Positions 51,732-64,000 of a stretch of DNA of 64,000 nt are shown piece after piece; positions within the stretch are counted from its first letter, which is position 1, and each line of letters starts with the position of its first letter. The stretch lies in contig RFHH01000021.1 of assembly GCA_003696075.1 (NCBI GenBank), positions 7,881 through 71,880 on the forward strand, in the 5' to 3' direction. The notes under the pieces were generated by a model. That model saw only the letters and a list, made by a program, of their open reading frames with translations. It was not told where the DNA came from and searched no databases. Origin of the DNA: Acidobacteriota bacterium (GTDB lineage: Bacteria; Acidobacteriota; Polarisedimenticolia; J045). A program made the translations under genes and the position numbers.

Positions 51732-52125
51732 AGCCTCGAACCTCGGCTGCCGCCGATGGGTGGTGGTCTCTTGCGGTCGCACCGCCAGGTCCAGGCGGCA
51801 CCCGGAAGGCCACGGCAGACTCGTTCGGCGAGGCGCCGCCGCGCCGCGGATTCCGCAAAGCGGCTAGCCTAGGAGCGCCGGCTACCCGTGTCAAACCGGC
51901 GCCCCCACCCCCGCCGCCCTTGCCTCGCCCGAACCGCTGGTGCTAGCCTTCGCTCCTCACCCACAACGAGCGCGGCGGCCTGCGTCACCCCGTTCCGGGG
52001 TGCACGGCCCTGGCGGGTGTCGCCGGATGGAGACGAGGTGCACGACCGGGGGGAACATCCCGGCACCGGATGTCTCAAGTTTCTGAAAAAAAGAAGCTTA
52101 GGGCAAGGGCTCACGCCTCCACAGT

Positions 52126-52134
52126 TGTGGAAAA
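52126..52134 (-). promoter_or_regulatory. Consensus DnaA box (TTTTCCACA on the minus strand), paired with an inverted partial box TCCACA at 52118-52123
   Basis: TGTGGAAAA fits the consensus TTWTNCACA 9/9. It lies 60 nt upstream of the preferred dnaA start. Confidence 0.6.
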
Positions 52135-52193
52135 CGTGTGAGCTTTCGCCGCGGCGTGCCGGTCGATCCCGGCCCGGCGCAAGGGGATAGGCC

Positions 52194-52202
52194 TGTGGAA
52201 AA
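52194..52202 (-). promoter_or_regulatory. Consensus DnaA box (TTTTCCACA on the minus strand) overlapping the preferred dnaA start codon
   Basis: This is a second exact copy of TGTGGAAAA. Confidence 0.55.
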
Positions 52203-53523
52203 CGGTGCTGCGCAGCCGGCCCTCGGGGCCTCCGCCTGGGACCGCGTTCTCGCCGCTCTCCGGCCCAAGCTGGGGCCCGGGACGTTCGACACGTGGTTCC
52301 GCCCGACGAAGCTGCTCGGGGTCGAGGGGAACCGACTGCGGGTCGGCGTGCCGAACGAGATGTTCGCCGAGTGGCTCCGGACCCAGTACCTCTCAGCCAT
52401 CCGCTCGGCGCTTCCCGACGCGGGTTTCCCCGGCGCCGACAGCATCGAGGTCGAGTTCGTCGCGCCCCGGCCCCAGCCTGACAGTCCTCCCGTCCCCGAC
52501 CGGGAGCCGGCGCGCCTCAATGCGCGGTACACGTTCGACAACTTCGTCGTGTCGTCCTGCAACCAGTTCGCCCACGCCGCGGCGCTCGCCGTGAGCGACC
52601 AGCCCGGGCGGACGTACAACCCTCTGTTCCTCTACGGGGGTGTCGGGCTGGGCAAGACGCATCTCATGCAGGCGATCGGCAATCGGCTCCTCGAGCGGCG
52701 TCCCGAGATCCGGCTGCGCTACCTGACCTCGGAGGAGTTCATGAACGAGCTGATCGCCGCGATCCGCTTCGAGGACACGCCGCGGTTCCGGGAGCGATAC
52801 CGGTCGGTCGACGTGCTCCTCGTGGACGACATCCAGTTTCTCGCCGGGAAAGAGAGCACCCAGGAGGAGTTCTTCCACACCTTCAACGTCCTCTACGACG
52901 CCGGAAAGCAGATCGTCATCACCTCCGATTGCCCGCCGCGCGCCATCCCGGGCATCGAGGAGCGCCTCCGCAGCCGTTTCGAGTGGGGATTGCTCGCCGA
53001 CATCCAGCCGCCGGATCTCGAGACCAAGGTCGCCATTCTCAACAAGATGGCGTCCTCCCGCGGCTGGGAGCTGGCCCCGGAGGTCGCCCTGTTCATCGCC
53101 GGAAACGTTCACAGCAACGTCCGGGAACTCGAGGGCTGTTTGACCACTCTCATCGCCAGCGCGTCGATCCAGCGGCGAAAGCCCGACCTCGAGCTGGCGC
53201 GGCGCGTGGTCCGCACGCTGGTGCCGGAGGAGCGCCAGCCGGTGACCCTCGACGCCGTCATCCGCGTCGTCGCGCGCCGCTTCGGGCTCAAGGTCTCGGA
53301 ATTGAAGAGCCGAACCAACGCGCGGAGGATCGCCTATCCCCGCCAGATCGCGATGCACCTCGGCCGGAAGGTGGCCGGAGAGAGCCTTCAGGCGATCGGG
53401 CGCGCCTTCGGCAACATGCATCACACCACGGTCCTCCACGCCGTGCGGAAAATCGAGCGGCTCATGAGGGAGGATCCGTCCGTCCACAAGCTCGTGTCCG
53501 AGCTGGAGTCGGACCTCGGCTGA
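52195..53523 (+). CDS. dnaA: Chromosomal replication initiator protein DnaA
   Basis: Walker A GGVGLGKTHL, sensor and box motifs, and a C-terminal DNA-binding domain (HTTVLHAVRKI). GTG 52195 follows GGGGA at about 7 nt and gives a typical N-terminal length. The track start GTG 52138 is the alternative. Confidence 0.93.
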   Translation: MENGAAQPALGASAWDRVLAALRPKLGPGTFDTWFRPTKLLGVEGNRLRVGVPNEMFAEWLRTQYLSAIRSALPDAGFPGADSIEVEFVAPRPQPDSPPVPDREPARLNARYTFDNFVVSSCNQFAHAAALAVSDQPGRTYNPLFLYGGVGLGKTHLMQAIGNRLLERRPEIRLRYLTSEEFMNELIAAIRFEDTPRFRERYRSVDVLLVDDIQFLAGKESTQEEFFHTFNVLYDAGKQIVITSDCPPRAIPGIEERLRSRFEWGLLADIQPPDLETKVAILNKMASSRGWELAPEVALFIAGNVHSNVRELEGCLTTLIASASIQRRKPDLELARRVVRTLVPEERQPVTLDAVIRVVARRFGLKVSELKSRTNARRIAYPRQIAMHLGRKVAGESLQAIGRAFGNMHHTTVLHAVRKIERLMREDPSVHKLVSELESDLG

Positions 53524-53654
53524 CATGCGCCGCGGCGTGCACACCGTCCACCCACAGCCGCCGAGGATCGGATGTGGACGCTGCGCTCCGGGACCGAATC
53601 GAGACCCGTTCCACCGGACCGAGTCCGCTTTTCCTCACCCGGCGGTTCCCCTAA

Positions 53655-57596
<3,942 letters not shown>

Positions 57597-57650
57597 TCGC
57601 CGCGCGGCCGGCAGGCCGGCCGGGGCGGCGGCGCCGATCGGAGTGGAAGC

Positions 57651-60152
57651 ATGAGCGACGCCGGGCAGGCGAGAAAGATACCGGTCAGCATCGAGGACGA
57701 GATGCGTCACTCGTACCTCGACTACGCGATGTCCGTCATCATCGGGCGCGCCCTCCCGGACGTCCGCGACGGACTCAAACCGGTGCACCGGCGATCGCTC
57801 TACGCGATGTACGACGCGGGAAACACGTCCGACAAGCCATACCGGAAGAGCGCGAAGACGGTGGGCGAGGTCATCGGGCGGTTCCATCCGCATGGCGACC
57901 AGGCGGTCTACGACACGCTCGTGCGGATGGCGCAGCCGTTCTCCCTCCGGTATCCGCTCGTGGACGGGCAGGGGAACTTCGGCTCGGTGGATGGGGATCC
58001 GCCGGCGGCGATGCGATACACCGAGATCCGGATGTCGCCGCTCGCCGAGGAACTCCTGCGGGACATCGACAAGGACACCGTCGACTTCGGCCCCAATTAC
58101 GACAACACGGAACGCGAGCCGCTCGTCCTGCCCTGCGGTTTTCCGAATCTCCTCGCCAACGGCGCCGACGGCATCGCCGTCGGAATGGCCACGCGGATCC
58201 CTCCCCATAACCTGCGGGAGCTGATCGACGCCGCCGAGCATCTCGTCCGGAACCCCGACTGCAGCGTGCGGGATCTCATGCGCTATGTGCAGGGTCCCGA
58301 CTTCCCGACGGGGGGGGTTGTCTACGGGACGGCCGGGATCGAGCAGGCGTACCGGACCGGCCGCGGCCGGATCGTGGTGCGCGGGCGGATCGGTTTCGAG
58401 GAGGGTGGAAAGGGTTCGCGCGACCGGCTGGTGATCACGGAGCTTCCTTACCAGGTCAACAAGGTCCACCTCATCGAGGAGATCGCCGCGCTCGTCCGCG
58501 ACAAGAAAATCGACGGCATCGCCGACATCCGCGACGAATCGGACCGCGACGGAATCCGCGTCGTGCTCGAGCTGCGGAAGGATGCGGTGCCTCAGGTGGT
58601 GATCAACAACCTGTACAAGCAGACGAAGTTGCAGTCGACCTTCGGCGCCATCTTCCTCGCGATCGTCGCCGGGCGGCCTCGTGTCCTCGATCTCAAGCGG
58701 ATGCTCGGCTACTACATCAGCCACCGGCGCGAGGTCGTCGTTCGCCGCACACAGTATCTGCTGCGGCAGGCGGAAGATCGGGCGCACATCCTCGAGGGGC
58801 TGAAGAAAGCCCTCGATCACCTCGATGCGGTGATCGCACTGATCCGCGGTTCGGCCACCCCCCAGGAGGCGAAAGAGGGTCTCGTTGCCCGGTTCGAGTT
58901 CAGCGAGCGTCAGGCGCAGGCGATTCTGGAGATGCGGCTTCAGCGGCTGACGCAGCTCGAGCGGGACAAGCTACTGGAGGAACTCGCCGAGCTGCTGGGG
59001 CGAATCGAATGGTACCGGCAGGTCCTCGCGTCCCGGTCGATGGTCGACGACATCGTCGTCGAGGAGTTGAAGAAGGTCCGCGACAAATACGGCGACGATC
59101 GGAGGACGGAGATCGTCGAGGACGAGGGCGAAATCCGCACGATCGACATGATCACCGACGAACCCGTCGTGATCTCGCTGTCGCACAGGGACTATGTGAA
59201 ACGCACCCCCTTGACCGAGTACCGCTCGCAGGGCCGGGGCGGGAGCGGGATCCGGCTGATGGAAGTGCGGGACGACGACTTCATCGAGAGGGTGAGGATC
59301 GCCTCGACCCACGACCAGAGCTTGTGGTTCACGTCGGCCGGCCGGGTCCACTCCCTGCCGGTGTACCAGCTACCGGAGGCGGGACGCGCGGCACGGGGAA
59401 AGCCGATCGTGAACCTGCTCGGGCTCAGGCCGGGAGAGAAGATCCAGGGCATGCTCGCGCTGCGGGAGCTCGACAAGGAGGGCTCGTACATCGTCACCTT
59501 CACGCGGCGCGGCTACGTCAAGCGGACGCCTCTGTCGGCCTATGCCAACATCCGCAGCGGGGGAATCATCGCCCTTTGCCTCGACGAGGGAGATACGCTG
59601 ATCACGGTTCATCTCGGAACCGACGACGACGATCTGTTCATAGCCACCCGCAACGGCAAGGCGATCCGGTTCTCGGCGCGCGAAGTGCGTCCCATGGGGC
59701 GCACGGCGCGGGGCGTGAAGGGGATCACGTTGCGTGGCGGCGACGAGGTGGTGAGCGCGTCGGTGGTCCGCGACGCCCCGGACATCCTGACGGTCACGTC
59801 GAACGGTTACGGCAAGCGCACGCGGCTCGAGGAGTACCGGCCGCAGGGCCGCGGCGGTCTCGGGCTCATCAATCTCAAGGTGTCGCCGAAGACCGGACCG
59901 GTCGTCGCCGCGCTGCCGGTGTGGGACAGCGACGAGATCATCGTGGCGACGCGTCAAGGGAAAGTCATTCGCACACCGGTTGAGCAGGACGAGAACAACC
60001 GGATTTCCCGAATGGGGCGGGCCACGCAAGGGGTCAAGGTCATCCGCCTGAAGGAGGGGGACGAGGTCGTCTCGGTGACGCGAAGCCACGACGTGAACGG
60101 GAACAACGGGGGCGATGCGCAGCCGCAGAGGGGGCCCAACGGAGAGGAGTGA
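57651..60152 (+). CDS. gyrA: DNA gyrase subunit A
   Basis: Motifs seen: [51 protein letters not shown] (catalytic Tyr), and a C-terminal beta-pinwheel. Confidence 0.96.
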   Translation: MSDAGQARKIPVSIEDEMRHSYLDYAMSVIIGRALPDVRDGLKPVHRRSLYAMYDAGNTSDKPYRKSAKTVGEVIGRFHPHGDQAVYDTLVRMAQPFSLRYPLVDGQGNFGSVDGDPPAAMRYTEIRMSPLAEELLRDIDKDTVDFGPNYDNTEREPLVLPCGFPNLLANGADGIAVGMATRIPPHNLRELIDAAEHLVRNPDCSVRDLMRYVQGPDFPTGGVVYGTAGIEQAYRTGRGRIVVRGRIGFEEGGKGSRDRLVITELPYQVNKVHLIEEIAALVRDKKIDGIADIRDESDRDGIRVVLELRKDAVPQVVINNLYKQTKLQSTFGAIFLAIVAGRPRVLDLKRMLGYYISHRREVVVRRTQYLLRQAEDRAHILEGLKKALDHLDAVIALIRGSATPQEAKEGLVARFEFSERQAQAILEMRLQRLTQLERDKLLEELAELLGRIEWYRQVLASRSMVDDIVVEELKKVRDKYGDDRRTEIVEDEGEIRTIDMITDEPVVISLSHRDYVKRTPLTEYRSQGRGGSGIRLMEVRDDDFIERVRIASTHDQSLWFTSAGRVHSLPVYQLPEAGRAARGKPIVNLLGLRPGEKIQGMLALRELDKEGSYIVTFTRRGYVKRTPLSAYANIRSGGIIALCLDEGDTLITVHLGTDDDDLFIATRNGKAIRFSAREVRPMGRTARGVKGITLRGGDEVVSASVVRDAPDILTVTSNGYGKRTRLEEYRPQGRGGLGLINLKVSPKTGPVVAALPVWDSDEIIVATRQGKVIRTPVEQDENNRISRMGRATQGVKVIRLKEGDEVVSVTRSHDVNGNNGGDAQPQRGPNGEE

Positions 60153-60157
60153 TCCCG

Positions 60158-60817
60158 ATGAAGTTCTTCATCGATACGGCCGACGTCGGCGAGATTCGTG
60201 AGGCGGCGGCCCTCGGCGTACTGGACGGGGTGACGACGAATCCCACTCTCGTGGCCAAGACGGGCCGCCCATTCCGGGAGGTTCTCGACGAGATCCTGGA
60301 GATCGTCGACGGGCCCGTGAGCGCGGAGGTCACGGCGACCGACTACGAAGGTATGGTCGCGGAAGCCCGCGAACTGGCATCGATCCACGAGAACATCGTG
60401 GTCAAGATACCCATCACGCGGGATGGTCTCCGAGCGATCCGCACCTGCAGCCGCGACGGGATCCGCGTGAACGTCACCCTCTGCTTCAATCCGATGCAGG
60501 CGGTGATGGCGGCCAAGGCGGGCGCGGCCTATATCAGCCCCTTCGTCGGGCGCTTGGACGATATCGGACACGACGGGATGGAGCTGATCCAGCAGATCCG
60601 GACCATCTACGACAACTACGGCTTCGACACCGAGATCCTCGCGGCCAGCATCCGGCACCCGCAGCATGTCGTCCAGGCCGCGCTGATCGGCGCCGACGTG
60701 GCGACGATTCCCTTCAATGTGATCGACAAGCTGCTGAACCACCCGCTCACCGACATCGGGCTGGAGAGGTTCCTGGCCGACTGGCAGAAGCTGCAGGAGG
60801 GGCTGAAGGGCCGGTGA
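60158..60817 (+). CDS. tal: Transaldolase (short subfamily) / fructose-6-phosphate aldolase
   Basis: Motifs seen: [38 protein letters not shown]. The ATG follows GGAGAGGAG. The track start GTG 60149 is less likely. Confidence 0.88.
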   Translation: MKFFIDTADVGEIREAAALGVLDGVTTNPTLVAKTGRPFREVLDEILEIVDGPVSAEVTATDYEGMVAEARELASIHENIVVKIPITRDGLRAIRTCSRDGIRVNVTLCFNPMQAVMAAKAGAAYISPFVGRLDDIGHDGMELIQQIRTIYDNYGFDTEILAASIRHPQHVVQAALIGADVATIPFNVIDKLLNHPLTDIGLERFLADWQKLQEGLKGR

Positions 60818-61032
60818 GCAAGCCGTCCGCCGAGCCGATCCGAGCCGCCGTCCTCGCCGCGGTGCCCCCCGGCGTGCGTGTGGCCCGGGGAGCGATCCTC
60901 CGGGCGGTCGCCCGGAGGCTGGGCGCGGAGCCGGGCGACCGAGGGCTGCGAATCCGGGTTGCCCGCGCCGTGCGGACTCTCGAACGCGAGGGGATTCTCG
61001 TCGACGTCGGTCCCGAGGTCCTGCGCCGGTGA
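60814..61032 (+). CDS. Small hypothetical protein (72 aa), possibly winged-helix-like
   Basis: The GTG overlaps the tal stop (GTGA). Third-position GC is very high (about 87% by eye). I recognise no domain with certainty. Confidence 0.5.
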   Translation: MSKPSAEPIRAAVLAAVPPGVRVARGAILRAVARRLGAEPGDRGLRIRVARAVRTLEREGILVDVGPEVLRR

Positions 61033-61179
61033 TCGGACGGCCCGCGGCGCGGTGGTAATCTTTCGCGCCGGCGCGCACCGCCCGGCCGGCGGAGGATCCG
61101 CGTCCCGGGCGGCCCGGAGGAGGCGAAGCGGCGTTCTCGGCGGCGGGGCGCCAGGCGCCGCTCCCGGCTCCCGCGCGGG

Positions 61180-62739
61180 GTGGAGAGCAACGTGGCCGTG
61201 GACCGCATCGAGGAGCTGAGGCGCCGGCTCGAAGAGGCGCGTGCGGGCGGGGGTCCGGAGCGCGTGGAGCGCCAGCACGCCGCGGGGAAGCTCACCGCCA
61301 GGGAGCGGATCGAGCTCCTGGTCGATCCCGGCAGTTTCGAGGAGACGGACGCCCTGGTCGTCCACCGCTGCACCGACTTCGGCATGGAGCGCCGGCGAAT
61401 ACCGGGCGACGGGGTGGTCACCGGCTTTGCCACGATCGAAGGCCGGCCTGTGGCCCTGTTCGCGCAGGATTTCACGGTGTTCGGCGGTTCCCTCTCCGAA
61501 ACCTACGCCAAGAAGATCTGCAAGATCATGGACCAGGCGCTGTCGGTCGGCTGCCCGGTGATCGGACTCAACGACTCCGGAGGAGCGCGGATTCAGGAGG
61601 GAGCGGCCTCGCTCGCCGGCTACGCGGACATCTTTCTCCGCAACACGCTGGCCTCCGGTGTGATCCCGCAGATCTCCGCGATCATGGGGCCATGCGCCGG
61701 GGGAGCGGTGTACTCGCCGGCCATCACCGATTTCACCATCATGGTGCAGGACAGCGCGCACATGTTCATCACGGGGCCCGACGTCATCCGGGCCGTCACG
61801 CACGAGGAGGTGACCAAGGAGGAGCTCGGCGGGGCGATGACACACGCCGGAAAGTCCGGGGTGGCCCACTTCGCAGCCCACGACGATGCTCATGCGCTTG
61901 GCCTGATCAAGAAGCTCCTCTCCTATTTGCCGCAAAACAATCATGAGGATCCACCCCGCCGGCCGACCGAGGATCCTCCGGACCGGCGGGACGAGGCCCT
62001 CAACGGCATCGTGCCGGAGAACCCGCGCGACCCGTACGACATCAAGCAAGTCATTTCGCGGGTGGTGGACGACGGGGAGTTTTTCGAGGTTCACGAGCAC
62101 TGGGCGAAGAACATCGTCGTCGGCTTCGCCCACCTCGACGGCTGTCCGGTCGGGGTGGTGGCCAACCAGCCGGCGGTGCTGGCCGGGGTCCTCGACATCG
62201 ACGCGTCTCGCAAGGGTGCGCGCTTCGTGCGCTTCTGCGATGCCTTCAACATCCCGCTGGTCGTGTTCGAGGACGTCCCCGGCTTCCTGCCGGGCGTGGC
62301 CCAGGAACATGGCGGCATCATCGTCCACGGGGCCAAACTGTTGTACGCGTTCGCCGAGGCTACGGTTCCCAAGCTCACCGTGATCACCCGGAAGGCCTAT
62401 GGCGGCGCCTACTGCGTGATGGCGAGCAAGCACATCCGCACCGATGTCAATCTGGCCTGGCCGACAGCGGAGATCGCCGTCATGGGCGCGGAGGGCGCGG
62501 TCGAGATCCTGTACCGGAGGGAGATCGCGGCGGCGCCCGACCCGGAGCGGTTCAAGGAGGAGAAAGTCCGCGAGTACCGCGAGGCTTTCGCCAATCCGTA
62601 CGTCGCCGCAGAGCGCGGCTACGTCGACGCGGTGATCGAGCCAGCCGACACCCGCCGGCGCCTCGTGTCCGCCTTGAGGCGCCTGGCGACCAAGGTCGAC
62701 GGGCTGCCGCCCAAGAAGCACGGGAACATACCGCTGTGA
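61180..62739 (+). CDS. Acyl-CoA carboxylase carboxyltransferase (beta) subunit, propionyl-CoA carboxylase / methylmalonyl-CoA carboxyltransferase type
   Basis: Motifs seen: [45 protein letters not shown], the second CT half, and KKHGNIPL at the C-terminus. Confidence 0.92.
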   Translation: MESNVAVDRIEELRRRLEEARAGGGPERVERQHAAGKLTARERIELLVDPGSFEETDALVVHRCTDFGMERRRIPGDGVVTGFATIEGRPVALFAQDFTVFGGSLSETYAKKICKIMDQALSVGCPVIGLNDSGGARIQEGAASLAGYADIFLRNTLASGVIPQISAIMGPCAGGAVYSPAITDFTIMVQDSAHMFITGPDVIRAVTHEEVTKEELGGAMTHAGKSGVAHFAAHDDAHALGLIKKLLSYLPQNNHEDPPRRPTEDPPDRRDEALNGIVPENPRDPYDIKQVISRVVDDGEFFEVHEHWAKNIVVGFAHLDGCPVGVVANQPAVLAGVLDIDASRKGARFVRFCDAFNIPLVVFEDVPGFLPGVAQEHGGIIVHGAKLLYAFAEATVPKLTVITRKAYGGAYCVMASKHIRTDVNLAWPTAEIAVMGAEGAVEILYRREIAAAPDPERFKEEKVREYREAFANPYVAAERGYVDAVIEPADTRRRLVSALRRLATKVDGLPPKKHGNIPL

Positions 62740-64000
62740 GTGACCTCCCGTTCAGGAAGATCCTGGTGGCCAACCGCGGCGAGATCGCGGTGCGGGTGAT
62801 CAGGGCGTGCTGGGACCTCAACATCCCGGCCGTGGCGGTCTACTCGGCCGCGGACCGGACGGCTCCGCACGTGCGGCTCGCGCGGGAGGCTTACCCGATC
62901 GGCCCCGCGCCGGCGGCGGAGTCCTATCTCAGGATCGACAGGATCATCGACACGGCGAGGCGATGCGGGGCGGACGCGATCCATCCGGGATACGGATTCC
63001 TGGCCGAGAACCCGGACTTCGCCGACGCCTGCCGCGACGCCGGGATCACGTTCATCGGGCCGACCCCCGAATCGATGCGGGCCATGGGGGACAAGGTGGA
63101 GGCGCGGCGCCGCATGGCGGCCGCTGGTGTGCCGGTGGTTCCCGGCAGCGGCGCGGTGACGGACGAGGGAGCGGCGGCCGCGGCGGCGAAGGTCGGCTAT
63201 CCGCTGATGATCAAGGCCGCGGCCGGGGGCGGCGGAAAGGGCATGCGGATCGTGCGCTCCCCCGAGGAGCTTCCTGCGGCGCTGGAACGGGCGAGGTCGG
63301 AGGCCCGCTCGAGCTTCGGCGACGACACCGTGTACTTCGAGCGCTATCTGGAGCGGCCGCGCCACATCGAGGTTCAGGTGCTGTTCGACGCCCGGGGGCG
63401 GGGCCTGGCGCTGGGGGAGCGGGAATGCTCGATCCAGCGGCGGCACCAGAAGATCATCGAGGAGTCGCCGTCGCCGGTGGTCGACGACGATGCCCGGGCG
63501 AAGATCAGCGAACTCGCGCTCACCGCCGCCAGGGCTGCCGGCTACGTCGGCGCCGGCACGGTGGAATTCCTCAGGGACGACGACGGCTCGTTCTACTTCA
63601 TGGAGATGAACACCCGCCTGCAGGTCGAGCACCCGGTGACCGAGGAGGTCTACGGCGTCGACCTGGTCGAGGCGCAGATCCTCATCGCGGCGGGTCGCCC
63701 GCTGCCCTGGAGCGCGGAGCGGCTGTCGCCCCGGGGCCACGCGATCGAGTGCCGGATCACCGCCGAGGATCCGCACCGGAACTTCTCGCCCTGCCCGGGC
63801 CTGATCGAAACCGCCCGCATTCCGTCCGGGCCGGGAATCCGCGACGACTCGGCGGTCGCCTCAGGATACCGGGTCCCCGTGGAATACGATCCGATGATCG
63901 GGAAGCTGATCGCGCGCGGCGCCGACCGCCGCGAGGCGATCCGCCGGATGCGGCGCGCTCTGGACGAGTACCGTCTCGACGGGCTGACGACGAACATTCC
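62736..64000 (+). CDS. Acetyl/propionyl-CoA carboxylase alpha subunit (biotin carboxylase domain), 3-prime partial at the window edge
   Basis: This is a hand translation; the ORF is open to the window end and so is absent from the track. [25 protein letters not shown]..., [36 protein letters not shown]. The GTG overlaps the upstream stop (GTGA). Confidence 0.9.
   Translation, partial: MSDLPFRKILVANRGEIAVRVIRACWDLNIPAVAVYSAADRTAPHVRLAREAYPIGPAPAAESYLRIDRIIDTARRCGADAIHPGYGFLAENPDFADACRDAGITFIGPTPESMRAMGDKVEARRRMAAAGVPVVPGSGAVTDEGAAAAAAKVGYPLMIKAAAGGGGKGMRIVRSPEELPAALERARSEARSSFGDDTVYFERYLERPRHIEVQVLFDARGRGLALGERECSIQRRHQKIIEESPSPVVDDDARAKISELALTAARAAGYVGAGTVEFLRDDDGSFYFMEMNTRLQVEHPVTEEVYGVDLVEAQILIAAGRPLPWSAERLSPRGHAIECRITAEDPHRNFSPCPGLIETARIPSGPGIRDDSAVASGYRVPVEYDPMIGKLIARGADRREAIRRMRRALDEYRLDGLTTNI

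Noticed and set aside
52138-52194. Longer dnaA start at GTG 52138 (the track start)
   Set aside because: It has no SD-like sequence and would add 19 non-conserved residues. It would also place both consensus DnaA boxes at or inside the coding start. GTG 52195, which follows GGGGA, gives a typical DnaA N-terminus. This call is not certain.

Overview
The window is about 70% GC and comes from a bacterial chromosome, in the replication-origin neighbourhood. It is almost entirely housekeeping genes. I found no mobile element, CRISPR array, rRNA, tRNA or defence-like island.

Gene content, left to right:
- a DHH-CBS-CCA nucleotidyltransferase fusion, a DUF3810 protein, ampG, tsaD, an IMPase and a VIT1-type transporter
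- a large Ser/Thr kinase with TPR repeats and a translationally coupled small ORF
- a long leftward gene run: M23, M20, SDR, pdxA, an Hfq-like gene, surA, a parvulin, mfd, a GNAT, a TPR protein, a fused spermidine-synthase-like protein, hldC-like, an orphan binding protein and atpHAGDC
- a receiver/PilZ pair, mutY and parAB
- a 0.9-kb non-coding gap holding six parS palindromes
- mnmG-rsmG, mnmE, a large secreted S8 protease and a pepQ-like gene
- jag-yidC-yidD-rnpA-rpmH
- dnaA-dnaN-gyrB-gyrA, a transaldolase, and acyl-CoA carboxylase beta and alpha subunits (the last runs off the right edge)

The observations most worth a second look:
1. The dense intergenic parS array between parA and mnmG.
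2. rpmH lying fully inside an open out-of-frame extension of rnpA, an arrangement like the one described for Thermus.
3. An insertion of about 50 aa in the F1 alpha subunit.
4. An Hfq-like Sm protein with an N-terminal RG-rich extension, sitting between surA and pdxA.
5. DnaA-box evidence for oriC at the rpmH|dnaA strand switch.

None of these amounts to a clearly novel multi-gene system, and I regard this as an ordinary core region.

Gene starts were placed by codon counting from the supplied ORF track, plus SD motifs and protein N-terminal logic. Many long track ORFs are high-GC read-through or antisense shadow frames and were trimmed or rejected. Motif coordinates may be off by 1-2 nt.
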